Assembly (NCBI GenBank): GCA_012295275.1
Contig: CM022672.1
Location: 25,358,001-25,422,000, forward strand
Direction of reading: 5' to 3'
From: Chrysomallon squamiferum
Taxonomy: Eukaryota; Animalia; Mollusca
Length of the DNA: 64,000 nucleotides
Below the pieces are notes generated by a model. It did no database searches, was not told the DNA's origin, and was given only the letters and a program-made list of their open reading frames with translations. A program made the position numbers and the translations under genes. This document shows, one piece after another, positions 42,016 through 54,782 of this stretch (positions are counted from its first letter, which is position 1; each line of letters starts with the position of its first letter).

Positions 42016-43309
42016 AGTTTCATTCAGTGATATAAATAGTCTTTATCAATCTGAAATTATTATTATTTTTTTTTAATCTTAACGAACCAAGTCTTTAAAA
42101 TAAAAAATAAAAAGAAGAAGAAGAAGCTCACAAAATCTTCAACTTACCTCCGACATTAATTTCATGCTGTCAAAAAACAGTCTGTGAGTAGCCGTGTCGG
42201 ACAAATTTACCATCAGCTCAGTTTTCGTCTGAAATAGCAGTACACTCTGTTTGTTTGAAATAGCAGTACACTCTGTTTGAAATAGCAGTACACTCTGTTT
42301 GTTTGTTTGAAATAGCAGTACACTCTGTTTGTTTGAAATAGCAGTACACTCTGTTTGTTTGTTTGAAATAGCAATACACTCTGTTTGTTTGTTTGAAATA
42401 GCAGTACACTCTGTTTGTTTGAAATAGCAGTACACTCTGTTTGTTTGAAATAGCAGTACACTCTGTTTGTTTGAAATAGCAGTACACTCTGTTTGTTTGA
42501 AATAGCAGTACACTCTGTTTGTTTGAAATAGCAGTACACTCTGTTTGTTTGTTTGAAATAGCAGTACACTCTGTTTGTTTGAAATAGCAGTACACTCTGT
42601 TTGTTTGAAATAGCAGTACACTCTGTTTGTTTGAAATAGCAGTACACTCTGTTTGTTTGAAATAGCAGTACACTCTGTTTGTTTGAAATAGCAGTACACT
42701 CTGTTTGTTTGAAATAGCAGTACACTGTTTGTTTGAAATAGCAGTACACTCACTCTGTTTGTTTGAAATAGCAGTACACTCACTCTGTTTGTTTGAAATA
42801 GCAGTACACTCTGTTTGTTTGAAATAGCAGTACACTCTGTTTGTTTGTTTGTTTGTTTACTGGTTGCTTATTGACTGTTTATTTATTTGTTTATTACTGG
42901 TTTGTTTGTTTATGTGTTTATTTATTTACTTATTTCCCGATTTGCTTGTTTATTTACTTACTTACTAGTTTATTTATTTATTTATTTATTTATTTTCTAG
43001 TTTGAGTATTTATTTATTTACTGGTTTATTTATATGTTCGTGTGTTTCTGTTATGTTCACTGTGATTATATATTATTTATTTTTTATTGTACATAATAGG
43101 TTGCATTTGTTTTTTGTCGTGCATTCTGCAGAGAGATATAAACGACGTACATAATACATATACAATATAGACTGTTTCTGAACGTTTCTGTACGTACGTG
43201 TATTTATTTATACACTGCACATAGCGTAAAATAGTAAAGAATTTACTTACAATTAGATCTTTAACAATTTTTTCAAGATCACTCACTGAATGGTCTAGTT
43301 CAGACTAGA

Positions 43310-43360
<51 letters not shown>

Positions 43361-44512
43361 GTAATAATATTAATAATAATAGAAGTAAAAGTAGTAGTAG
43401 TAATGGTGGTTGTGGCTGTGGTGGTGGTGGTAGTAGTGGTGATCGCAATAGTAGTAGTAGTAGTAGTAGTAGTAGTAGAGTAGTAATAATGGTAATAATA
43501 GTAATTATAACAGTAGAAGAAGTTAGTAAATGTACAGTTATTAATCCAGAACTTTGTATTATGATACTGGATTTGTTTTTACGGTTATTAATATTCTTCT
43601 TCATCTCTTTTCTAACTTGTAGGATTATTGAACTGTATCACTTATATAATAAAAATAATAAATAATATTAATGCAGAGATTTCATGAATAAAAAACAACA
43701 TACAAAGCCGTCTAGAACACTTAACAGCCTTTCATTAATTTGTCCATACTCTGTTGCGTGCTCGGACCATTTAGACTGGGGGAAAAAAAAAGAAGAAGAA
43801 ATAATGATGGTGATGAATATCATGGAACATCATGGAATTAAACGATGCTAATGTGTCGCTGATGTCACAATCTTTCAGCTAATTTTGAAACATTTTAACT
43901 GCATTTGAGCAAGTGTTAAATAAATAAATTAATTTCTTATGAAACAGCGATTGAAACAGAGTAACATAGAACTGCGTGCTGGAAATGTTTTAGTGTCAAA
44001 GTCGCCAACTTTTCGGTAAATTCAAACTGTGGCCTACATGCGTAATGACTAATGTTATAAGTATTAATTAATTAAAAGATACTTAAAACTAAAAACACGT
44101 TTCTGTGAAATATATAAATATAAATATATTTATGGATGTAGGAATGTACAACACTAAGATAATTATCTGCTAATTGTGATGTCTGCATCTTCCTACTGAT
44201 CGGGAAAAACGAAAACGGTGCCAGTCACATTTTTCTGGTTGAAACAGGAAGTAAGCTAGAAAACATTTAGGCTTTTTTAAGCAACTGATAAGTAACAATG
44301 AATCCTCCTTCCCCCCCCCCGCAGAAAAAAAGTTCCGTATATAAAAATGTATGTAAATTAACGTATAAAACCCCTTCAGAATTCGGTTTTCCTTTAAACA
44401 TTTTATTTAATACATTTCTTTTCTTCTTCTGCACAAATTTTATTTATTTATTTAAAATTTACTTATTATTCTTGATTATTTTGTTCTTTCGAAATAGTGT
44501 GATTTCATCTAC

Positions 44513-44555
<43 letters not shown>

Positions 44556-45333
44556 CTGATATAATGGTCTTCTTCTTCAACAGCGATTTCAAAATTCAAC
44601 CTTTAAATTCTTTCTTGCAGGTCTTTGCTCTGCACATCAAAGATTCACTTTAAATTCCTTCTTGCAGGTCTTTGCTCTTCACATCAAAGATTCACTTTAA
44701 ATTCTAATATTATAAAGCAATCCAATGTCTCTCATTAACCTTTATAATCCACGCAAAATTGTATTTTTTTTTAAACTTTTATCATTGCTGCTCTGTATTA
44801 AATAAAAACAAATAGCAGTTCATAAACTGTTTTGGTTAAACCTGTATTGGTTCAAACTGTTTTGGTTGAAGCTATAACTGGTTCAGACTTTTGGTTTCAT
44901 CTGTACTGATTGAAGCTATATTGATTGAAACAGTTTTGGTTGAAGCAGTATTGGCTGAAGCTATTAGTTGAGGCTTGTATTGGTTCAAACTGTTGGTCAA
45001 AACTGTTTTGGCTGAGGATACAGTGGTTTTGGTTTTAGTGGTGGCTGTATTGGTTGTGGCTGTGTAAAACAGGGGTTATTGCTATTCGGAGTTTCCTTAC
45101 CTTCGAAGGCTCTTTACAAATTTTGCTAAGAGATTGCATTATGTGGATCTGTGCATTTATATCTCTTGGGGAGAATGCATTGGATAACTAAAATATAAAT
45201 AATAATAAAAAAAATTAATAATAAAATGGAAATATTATTCAATAAATAAATAAATAAATAAATAATAACAAATAAAATTAAAATAAATAAATAAATAACA
45301 GCAATAAATAAAAAAGGAAACCCCCAAATCAAC

Positions 45334-45400
<67 letters not shown>

Positions 45401-45893
45401 TTACCACTTCTCCAAAACTGACAAAATTTAAAAAAAAACCCCAAAAAACCACAAATTTAATAAAAATACAAGATAAACTCACCGATTCTCTTTCTTCACT
45501 CACCTAAAATTTAAAAATAAAATAAAATAAAATAAGTAAATAAAATAAATTGCATTAAAATAATCCACAGACATAGTTTACAACTTATTCATATCAAAAT
45601 TAAAGTAAAATTTTTAAAATTAATTTCTAATGCAAAAAGAATAATATACTTTGAACAATTAGTTTGCTGTTTTTGCAGATCAGCTATATATATATATATA
45701 TATATGTATTAATGTTTATATATATATATAGCAGGGACTTAGTTTTATTAGTAGCTTTGTTATAAAAATTATCATCCAGTTTTATATTTGAGTTTTAATT
45801 AAATGATACTGTCATTTTAACATTGAATGTGTTTGTAATTTAGCTACAAACTGTATAATTTAATTTTATATGGATCTTATTTTAACAGATCTT

Positions 45894-45938
<45 letters not shown>

Positions 45939-47306
45939 TATATGCATATATGTGTATTTTACTTGTTATATCCTGTAATCTGTTTTTATAATGTATGTTT
46001 ATCTCATAGTATGAACACAGACAATACTTGGGGCAGCATGACACACAATCTCACAAACATATTATTCTAATATTTCTCTCTGTCATGAATAATTTATATA
46101 TATATAGTGAGGTAGGTTTGTATGTATGTATGTATGTATGTATGTATGTATGTATATGTTTGTAGATATGTATTTATATAGGAAAGTATTAATGTCTGTA
46201 TGTATGTATGTATGTATGTATCAATGTTTGTATGTTTGTATGTATATATGTATGTATGCATGTATGTATCAATGTTTGTATGTTTGTATGTATATATGTA
46301 TGTATGCATGTATGTATGTATGCATGTGTGTATTAATGTTTGTATGCATGTAGATAGGTAGGTAGGTATTAATGTTTGTATGCATGTAGATAGGTAGGAA
46401 GGTATTAATGTTTGTATGAATGTAGATAGGTAGGTAGGTATTAATATTTGTATGCATGTAGATAGGTAGGAAGGTATTAATGTTTGTATGTATGTAGATA
46501 TTTAGGTAGGTATTAATGTTTGTATGTATGTAGATAGGTAGGTAGGTATTAATGTCTGTATGTATGTAGGTATTAATGTTTGTAGTATGTAGATAGGTAG
46601 GTAGGTATTAATGTTTGTAATGTCTGTATGTATGTAGATATTTAATGTTTGTATGTGTATGTAGATATTTAGGTAGGTATTAATGTTTGTATGTATGTAG
46701 ATAGGTAGGTATTAATGCTGTATGTAGATAGGTAGGTAGGTATTAATTTTGTATGTATGTATGTAGGTAGGTAGGTAGGTATTAATGTTTATATGTATGT
46801 AGATAGGTAGGTAGGTATTAATGTTTGTATGTATGTAGATAGGTAGGTAGGTATTAATGTCTGTATGTATGTAGATAGGTAGGTAGGTATTAATGTCTGT
46901 ATGTATGTAGATAGGTAGGTAGGTATTAATGTTTGTATGTATGTAGATAGGTAGGTAGGTATTAATGTTTGTATGTGTGTAGATAGGTAGGTAGGTATTA
47001 ATGTTTGTATGTGTGTAGGTAGGTAGGTAGGTATTAATGTTTGTATGTGTGTGAGTTCTGACATACTCACACGATCGTGAATAGAACTGAAGTCAGTTTT
47101 CTGACACATCTTGACAAAGCTGGTGAGTTTCTTCTTGGCCTCCTCTGGTAGCATCTTGTATTTCTCCAGAGTGCTTGTTTTAATGGCACTCAGATATTGA
47201 TCTATGTATGATAAGTACTAAAAAGAGATAAAACAGCCAACATTAAAAACACACATACACATACATATACTCACATGCACACACTCATACAAACACATCC
47301 ACATCT

Positions 47307-47347
<41 letters not shown>

Positions 47348-49613
47348 TACATACATAGATGTGTATCCATACATAGATATAAACATACATAGTGATACAT
47401 GCATACATAAACTCACACACACACACACACACACACATAACACTATATGGACATACACATGCAAAAGACATTGATACATATATGTACAAAAACACATAGA
47501 TAAATATACACCATTAGGAATACAAAAGCAGATGGAAGAGATTTATAGTTAAAGGTTTGATGACTGCTGGATCAAGATGTGAGAAGAGAAAGAGGCTAAC
47601 AAAAGCCAGTAAAATAAATTTAACATTCAAAGTGGTGGCATACAATTTTACATAGTGAACATGTGGGCTAAATACCTATCTATCTGTCTATGTGACTACA
47701 TATAGGTCTATATGTCTGTCTATCTGTCTATGTATCTATCTTTATTTGATGATGTTAATTTAGTTTCAGTTTTTGCCAAAAGCATCTTAGCTGTGTGTTA
47801 GTCTGTCTTTCTGTGTCTCTATCTATATTTCATGATTAATTTAGTTTCAGTTTTTGCCAAAAGGATCTTGTCTGGGTGTTTGTCTCTCTGTCTGACTATA
47901 TCTATCTGTCTGTCTGTATTAGATGATGTTACTTTAGTTTTGGTCTTTGCCACCTGGACCCTAATCAAGACATCTCAAACACTCTGTTTCTTAGAAGGCT
48001 TCAAGTTCAGTACATAACAACAACTACAACAACAAACAACAACAACAACAACAACAAAAACAGCAAGAAGAAGAAGAAGAAGAAGAAGACTGCAATCAAT
48101 AAAAATAATAATGGCTAACAACAAAGAATAAAAAACAAAATAAAAATAAGCGTGCAGTAAGAACAATTTAATATTAACATTAAGAATAAAACAAATGCCC
48201 CACTTTGTTGAAAAAGGTAAGCACTGTTGTATTTTCAGATAAAAGAGAAAACAAATATTAATACTAAGAATAAAACAAATGTTGAAAAATGTAAGAACTG
48301 TTATATTTAAAAGGTAAGCACTGTTATATTTAAAAGAGAAAACAACATTCACCACTGTGTAATTGCTGTACTGTTCCAGATTCACTGTCTCATTCAGATG
48401 AAGAATGACGTACGGTGTTTTGTTACTACGGCAACCACTTCAGATGAAGAATGACATGCATGTTAGTATGTACATTAATAAGTAGTAGATTTTAAGGACA
48501 TATGTTAGTAAGATGGTTAAGTACGTAAGGAAGTATGTAAGTAAGAATTAAAGGGTGCAATAAAATCCACTTTAAATCAGTAAATAATAAGTAAAGTAAA
48601 GAAGCAAACAAATTATGAAGTAAGTGCATTCACATGTAAGTAAGTATGTAAAAAAACACCTATAAATACACAAATAAAAAGAAATGGTAAATAGGTAAAA
48701 TAGAAGGAAGTAAATTTCAGTAAGTAAAGAAGCATGTAAGCATATTGGTAAATAGGTAAATACATTTCTTGCATTGGTGATGATAATAATTATAATGAGA
48801 TATTAATTGCTACTATAAAATGGATTAGCAGCAAAAGACTGTTTATACATACACCTTCTCATAAACAGTATATAGCATGGCTCTGATAGACTAACAACAT
48901 CTGTTTGGAATAAGAAGCTGCCATATTTGTTAATGAAAATAATATATAAAATACATATTTTGAAGGTAATACTTTTTTCATTATATTGATAAAAGTTTGT
49001 TATTTTCATTAGGAAATAGCTTTTACTTGTACAAAGTTATAACTTAGTCAAGAGGAGATTTTAATTTTAATTTTATTTAATTTTTCTAAATTTTTTATTT
49101 TGCTACATTTCTTCCTTTTCACGACAGTAAAGATATGAAAAGGTAAATGTTTGGCTTGCCAATATTTAACAAATTTTGTAAAATGTTCAAGCAATCATCA
49201 CAAAATCTGCAGCAGAGAGGTATAAAACATCAGAACAATGATAACAGTATTATATCATCTTACAGTAACAATTCATTATTAACAAATGCTGCTCTCTCTC
49301 ACACAGGATGAAGTCATCATATGTAAGAATAGCAAATGTTTTTTGGTCCATTTACTTGCACACTGAAAGAGATGTATACGTACACGAGTAGGTCGTACAA
49401 GGTTATATGCACCGAGCTGTCATTTAGCAGGATCTTACCAATGCTAAAGTGTGGAATTCCATTTTTGTTTATGAATTGCTAAATAAATAAATAATAATGC
49501 ATTTTTTTTTTTATAAAACAGAAATAGCTATTGCTACTACAACTGCTACTATTATTACGTTTACTACCAATGCTGTTGCTGCTACTACTACTATTCTGTT
49601 TCTACTTTTCTCT

Positions 49614-49656
<43 letters not shown>

Positions 49657-50871
49657 GCTTCTACAACTACTGCTGTTACCTTTCTCTTAATGCTACCACT
49701 ACTACTATTTATGTTGCCGCTATTACTATTTTGTTTCTCTTACTACTAGTACTACTACAACTATTACTCCTACTACTACTAGTACTAGTACTACAACTAC
49801 AACAACAACTACTACTACTACTACTACTACTACTAATACTCTTCCTCCTCTTCCTCCTACTACTACTACTACTTCTACTACTACTGCTACTACTACTACT
49901 ACTACTACCACTACAACAACTACTACTACTACACTACTACTACTACTCCTCCTCTTCCTCCTACTACTACTACTACTTCTACTACTACTGCTACTACTAC
50001 TACTGCTACTACTGCTACCACTGCTACTTACATTTTGAAAGATATCCAGGTTTAACACAGGTTCGCACACTTTCTGCAAAGATCCTGCTGTTATGTATGT
50101 CAGTACAGTCATCATCATGAATGGAGGTCCAATTAAAAACATAGCAATAACCAGACTGAGAAAAAAAAAAAAAATAAATTAATATTTATAAACTGAGAAA
50201 AAAAAAAAAAAAAAAAAAAACTGAGAAAAAATTTTTTTTTTTTTTTAATATAAAATAATAATAATAATAATAATAAATAATAATAATAATAGCACTAAAC
50301 ATAATTAAATGAAAATGTTGCATAGAAACAAAAATATTCACCCCATTAAAAACAATGAGGAAAAAACTGCCATAAAAGAATAACATCAGTAAAAATAAAA
50401 TAAAATAAAATAAAATAAATAAAACATATACAGAAATATAAGATAATAATAATAACAATAACAATAACTATAACTATAACAATAACAATAAGTAAATAAA
50501 AAACTGCACAAATACCCCCAAAACCATCAAAAAGTGTTCACCTTAGTGATATATAACCAGCAGGTTTTGAGAAACTGTTTCTTTTTTTGACTGAAATGTT
50601 TTCATTTATAGCTAAGCATCCAAAGAAAACGCCAACAAACACACCAGCAGCCAGCACAATGAACGCGTATGTCACGCCTTCACTACTGTACTGCCTGAAA
50701 TAACGAAAATGTCACATTACTTACTTACAACAAGATAAATACAGAGAGTATTGCATGGGTAGCATAAAAAATTACAGACAGAGAGATGCTCACACTAACA
50801 TTTTAGAAGAAGGAAATTTTGCTGTTACTCAGCATAATGTATTATAATTTCATTGTTATTATTATTATTAT

Positions 50872-50916
<45 letters not shown>

Positions 50917-51041
50917 CAGTAGTTATACTACTAGTAGTGTTGCTGTTATAATTTGATTTACTATTATAATTATTCTTATCATTACTATTATTAATAGACC
51001 TTTATTATTGTTGTTATTGTCATTGTTATTATTATTATTAT

Positions 51042-51086
<45 letters not shown>

Positions 51087-51439
51087 CAGCAGTAGTTATA
51101 CTACTAGTAGTGTTGCTGTTATAATTTGATTTACTATTATAATTATTCTTATCATTACTATTATTAATAGACCTTTATTATTGTTGTTATTGTTATTGTT
51201 ATTATTATTTGTATTAGTACTAGTGGTTGTAGTAGTAGTGTTGCCATTATAGTTTTATTTGGTATTGTTATTATTAATATTATTATTATTATTATTATTG
51301 CTATTATTATTATTATTATTGTTATTGTTATTATTATTATTACTGTTATTGTTATTACTATTATTTCATCATCATCATCATCATTATTATTATTATTACT
51401 ACTATTATTATTATTGCTGTTATTGTTATTACTATTATT

Positions 51440-51505
<66 letters not shown>

Positions 51506-52332
51506 CTGGGGTGAGAGGTAGAAACACTGAAGAGTAAAAAGCTGTTAATTAAAATATTTATGAATATGTACTGAACAACCCAAATCCAATTCTATTAGTT
51601 ACTACTACTACTATTGCTACAACTACTGCTACAGCAACTGCAGATACTACACCTAGTACTGGGACAATGCTAATATTCTATTACTACTTCTTCTACATAT
51701 ACTAATACATCTGAAATTATGACTATTACTACTGCAAGTACTGCTACTACTATTACTGCTATTACTTCCACTGCTAACAGTACTACTACTACTAATTACT
51801 ACTATTATTTCCACTACTAATACTACTATTATTACTACTACTACTGCTGGTGGTCTTTTTTTTTTTTTTTTTTCATACACATTGGTGTACAAACAGTTTT
51901 GGACAACTGTTTTTATCAAAACATCAATAACATTCTTCAAACATAACCTCAAAATTCTTTATTTATTTTAATTTGACCACGTCTGTTACTTTGAAAATTA
52001 ATTTTTAAATTTCACACAAGAAAATAAAAATTCAGTTTGGACCTGATAACTGTAAGAAGTTTTATACTTACCTATAGTCATCAACATCTTTAATTATTCG
52101 AAAAATTCTTTTGCTTCTATTTTTGGCTGCTTCTACATCAAAAGTCTACATATTTTTCCATGTAAATATTTATAAGAAAGAAAAAACAACAGCATTTGGT
52201 AAATTTTAATATTATTATTATTATTATAAATTCAAGGCATATTTTATTACTAAGATAAATAAAACAAAAAATAAACAGATAAATAAATAAGAAAGTAACT
52301 TAGTAAAGTAAATTTAATATTAAAAATTAATG

Positions 52333-52388
<56 letters not shown>

Positions 52389-52797
52389 CAATAATTATAA
52401 TAATAATATTAACAATAATAATAATAAGGTCTTTTAGAAAATGTTTAAAACAATTCAGTTAATGACAGAGAGTAATTAATATAACTACCAAGTTTAAATT
52501 ATCAATATTCTTCTTGGCTATATCATAAACTTTCTTAGAATAGTCAGACACCAATGTTGATGCTTCTGTAATATAAAACTTTATTTTTAATACACAAAAT
52601 CCACTTGTTTCTTTCAAAATATTATTTTTTTCTTCTAGTCACTACTACTTTTGCTTGTATGACTATTACTATTACTGGTTGTACTAGTACAGCCTACACT
52701 ACTTCTACTACAGCTGCTAGAACAACCATTACTACAAGTGCTACTATAATTACTAATACTACTACTAGATTTATTTTGACTATAATTACTACTGCAG

Positions 52798-52857
<60 letters not shown>

Positions 52858-52884
52858 CATAATAATAATAATAATCATAATCAA

Positions 52885-52918
<34 letters not shown>

Positions 52919-53297
52919 GTGATAATAATAATAATATTAATGGCAATTATTATTATTATTGTTATTACTAAATATGGTATTAGTAGCAGCAGTAGTAACA
53001 ATTAGATTAGAAGTAATAACTAGTATTACTGTTATTAAAAAGAGAAGCTTAGTTAAGACAAAACATACGATTTTTGATAGCTGAATTAACTTCTTCAAGA
53101 TGTCTGGGTAGTTCATCAAATCTTTTCAGCATCTGAAATTTATTTAATTATTAAAGTCAAACACACAAAGACATACATAAAGGTAACCACATGTATAAAT
53201 ACACCTGCACATACAAACACACACACATACTGACATATACATACATACGTCAATACATGCATACATTCATACATATAAGTAAACATACATTCTCAGA

Positions 53298-53338
<41 letters not shown>

Positions 53339-53500
53339 GAACATATGTGTATGTATATGTTTTTTTATAAGTGTGTAAATGCATGTGTTTTGCACATCAA
53401 ACAGACATATGCATAAACACGCACATTTACACATACATACATCAACACACACATACATCAACACACACACACACACTTGCACACACTTACACACACACAT

Positions 53501-53546
<46 letters not shown>

Positions 53547-54063
53547 TGCCACTCAAAGTATTATGTCTGCCAATATATCACATCACTTACTTTCAGAACC
53601 TCTGCAGCCAAATTTAACTCAGATATCTCCTTTGTTCCTTTTGTCAGTTCTGTAAAATCTGGCATCTGAAATATTTACCATATCATTTGATTAAATACTG
53701 CATTTTCACTCATCACTTTTAAGTAGTTTATATATATATTGAATGAATATTAAGTACATTAACAATTAAAGATGTCCACTTTTAGTTAGGTAACTACTCT
53801 GTATTCTCTGATCTATTTTATAATAGTTGCTGTTGATGTTGTTGTTGTTTTTATTGTTACTGATGTTGTTTTGTTTTTGTAGAGAATTTTTAAAATAGCT
53901 TTTTTTATTATTGTTATTGTGGTGTTATTATTATTGCTGCTGATGCTGTTTTGTTTTTATATTGAATTTTTAAATAATGTTTGTTAGTGTTGTTGTTGGT
54001 TTTATTATAATTATTATTGTTGTTATTTTTTTTTCTCCAGTGTATTTTAAATGGCCTTTATTA

Positions 54064-54140
<77 letters not shown>

Positions 54141-54210
54141 TCTTATTCTTCTTCTTCTTATTATTATTATCATTATTATGAATATTATTATTATGAACAT
54201 GATTATCATG

Positions 54211-54244
<34 letters not shown>

Positions 54245-54743
54245 TTATATCAAAGTTTCAGCCTGCACCTTCTAGCAAAAAACCCACCTAAAAACTATGA
54301 AGAACAATTGTGTTGTAAATGTAATTACAGTTAATTTAAACCACACCTGGGTTTGTTGTTTGTTGGAATTATCAAACGTGGTCTTCCCGAGCTGTTCGCA
54401 CACTTGGGGAGAGCAGTCCTTGTCACAGGATTTGGCACTTTCCATAATCTTGTTATTGATATCTTGAATTGCCACAGTAACATCATCACTCTCACTCTTC
54501 ATTGCTTTAGCTTTTGCAGTGATAGTGGACATTATCTCTGGAATTAATCTTGTAACTGTTTGCAAGAAGAAAAAAAAAAAAAAAAAATAAGAAAAGAGAG
54601 AGAGAGAGAGAGAGATTAAAAGAATGAAATACAAATAACTAGATCATTGAAAAATATATGTAAACATTCATGCAGAGATAGACAAATATACACAGATGCT
54701 AGACACACAATTGCACACACACATACACAGATGGAGAGACAAA

Positions 54744-54782
<39 letters not shown>

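Noticed and set aside
42139-42835. Three long overlapping ORFs (178-214 aa)
   Set aside because: Products of the 26-bp minisatellite; only 42148-42228 is a real exon.
43536-43632. Possible prominin exon [11 protein letters not shown]...
   Set aside because: No in-phase acceptor; the exon at 43704-43775 has strong sites and fills this position.
48854-49360. Exon-like segments at ~48854-48900, ~49160-49207 and ~49300-49362
   Set aside because: Stops, no prominin similarity, or an implausible 21-nt intron; the true next exon is 48353-48437.
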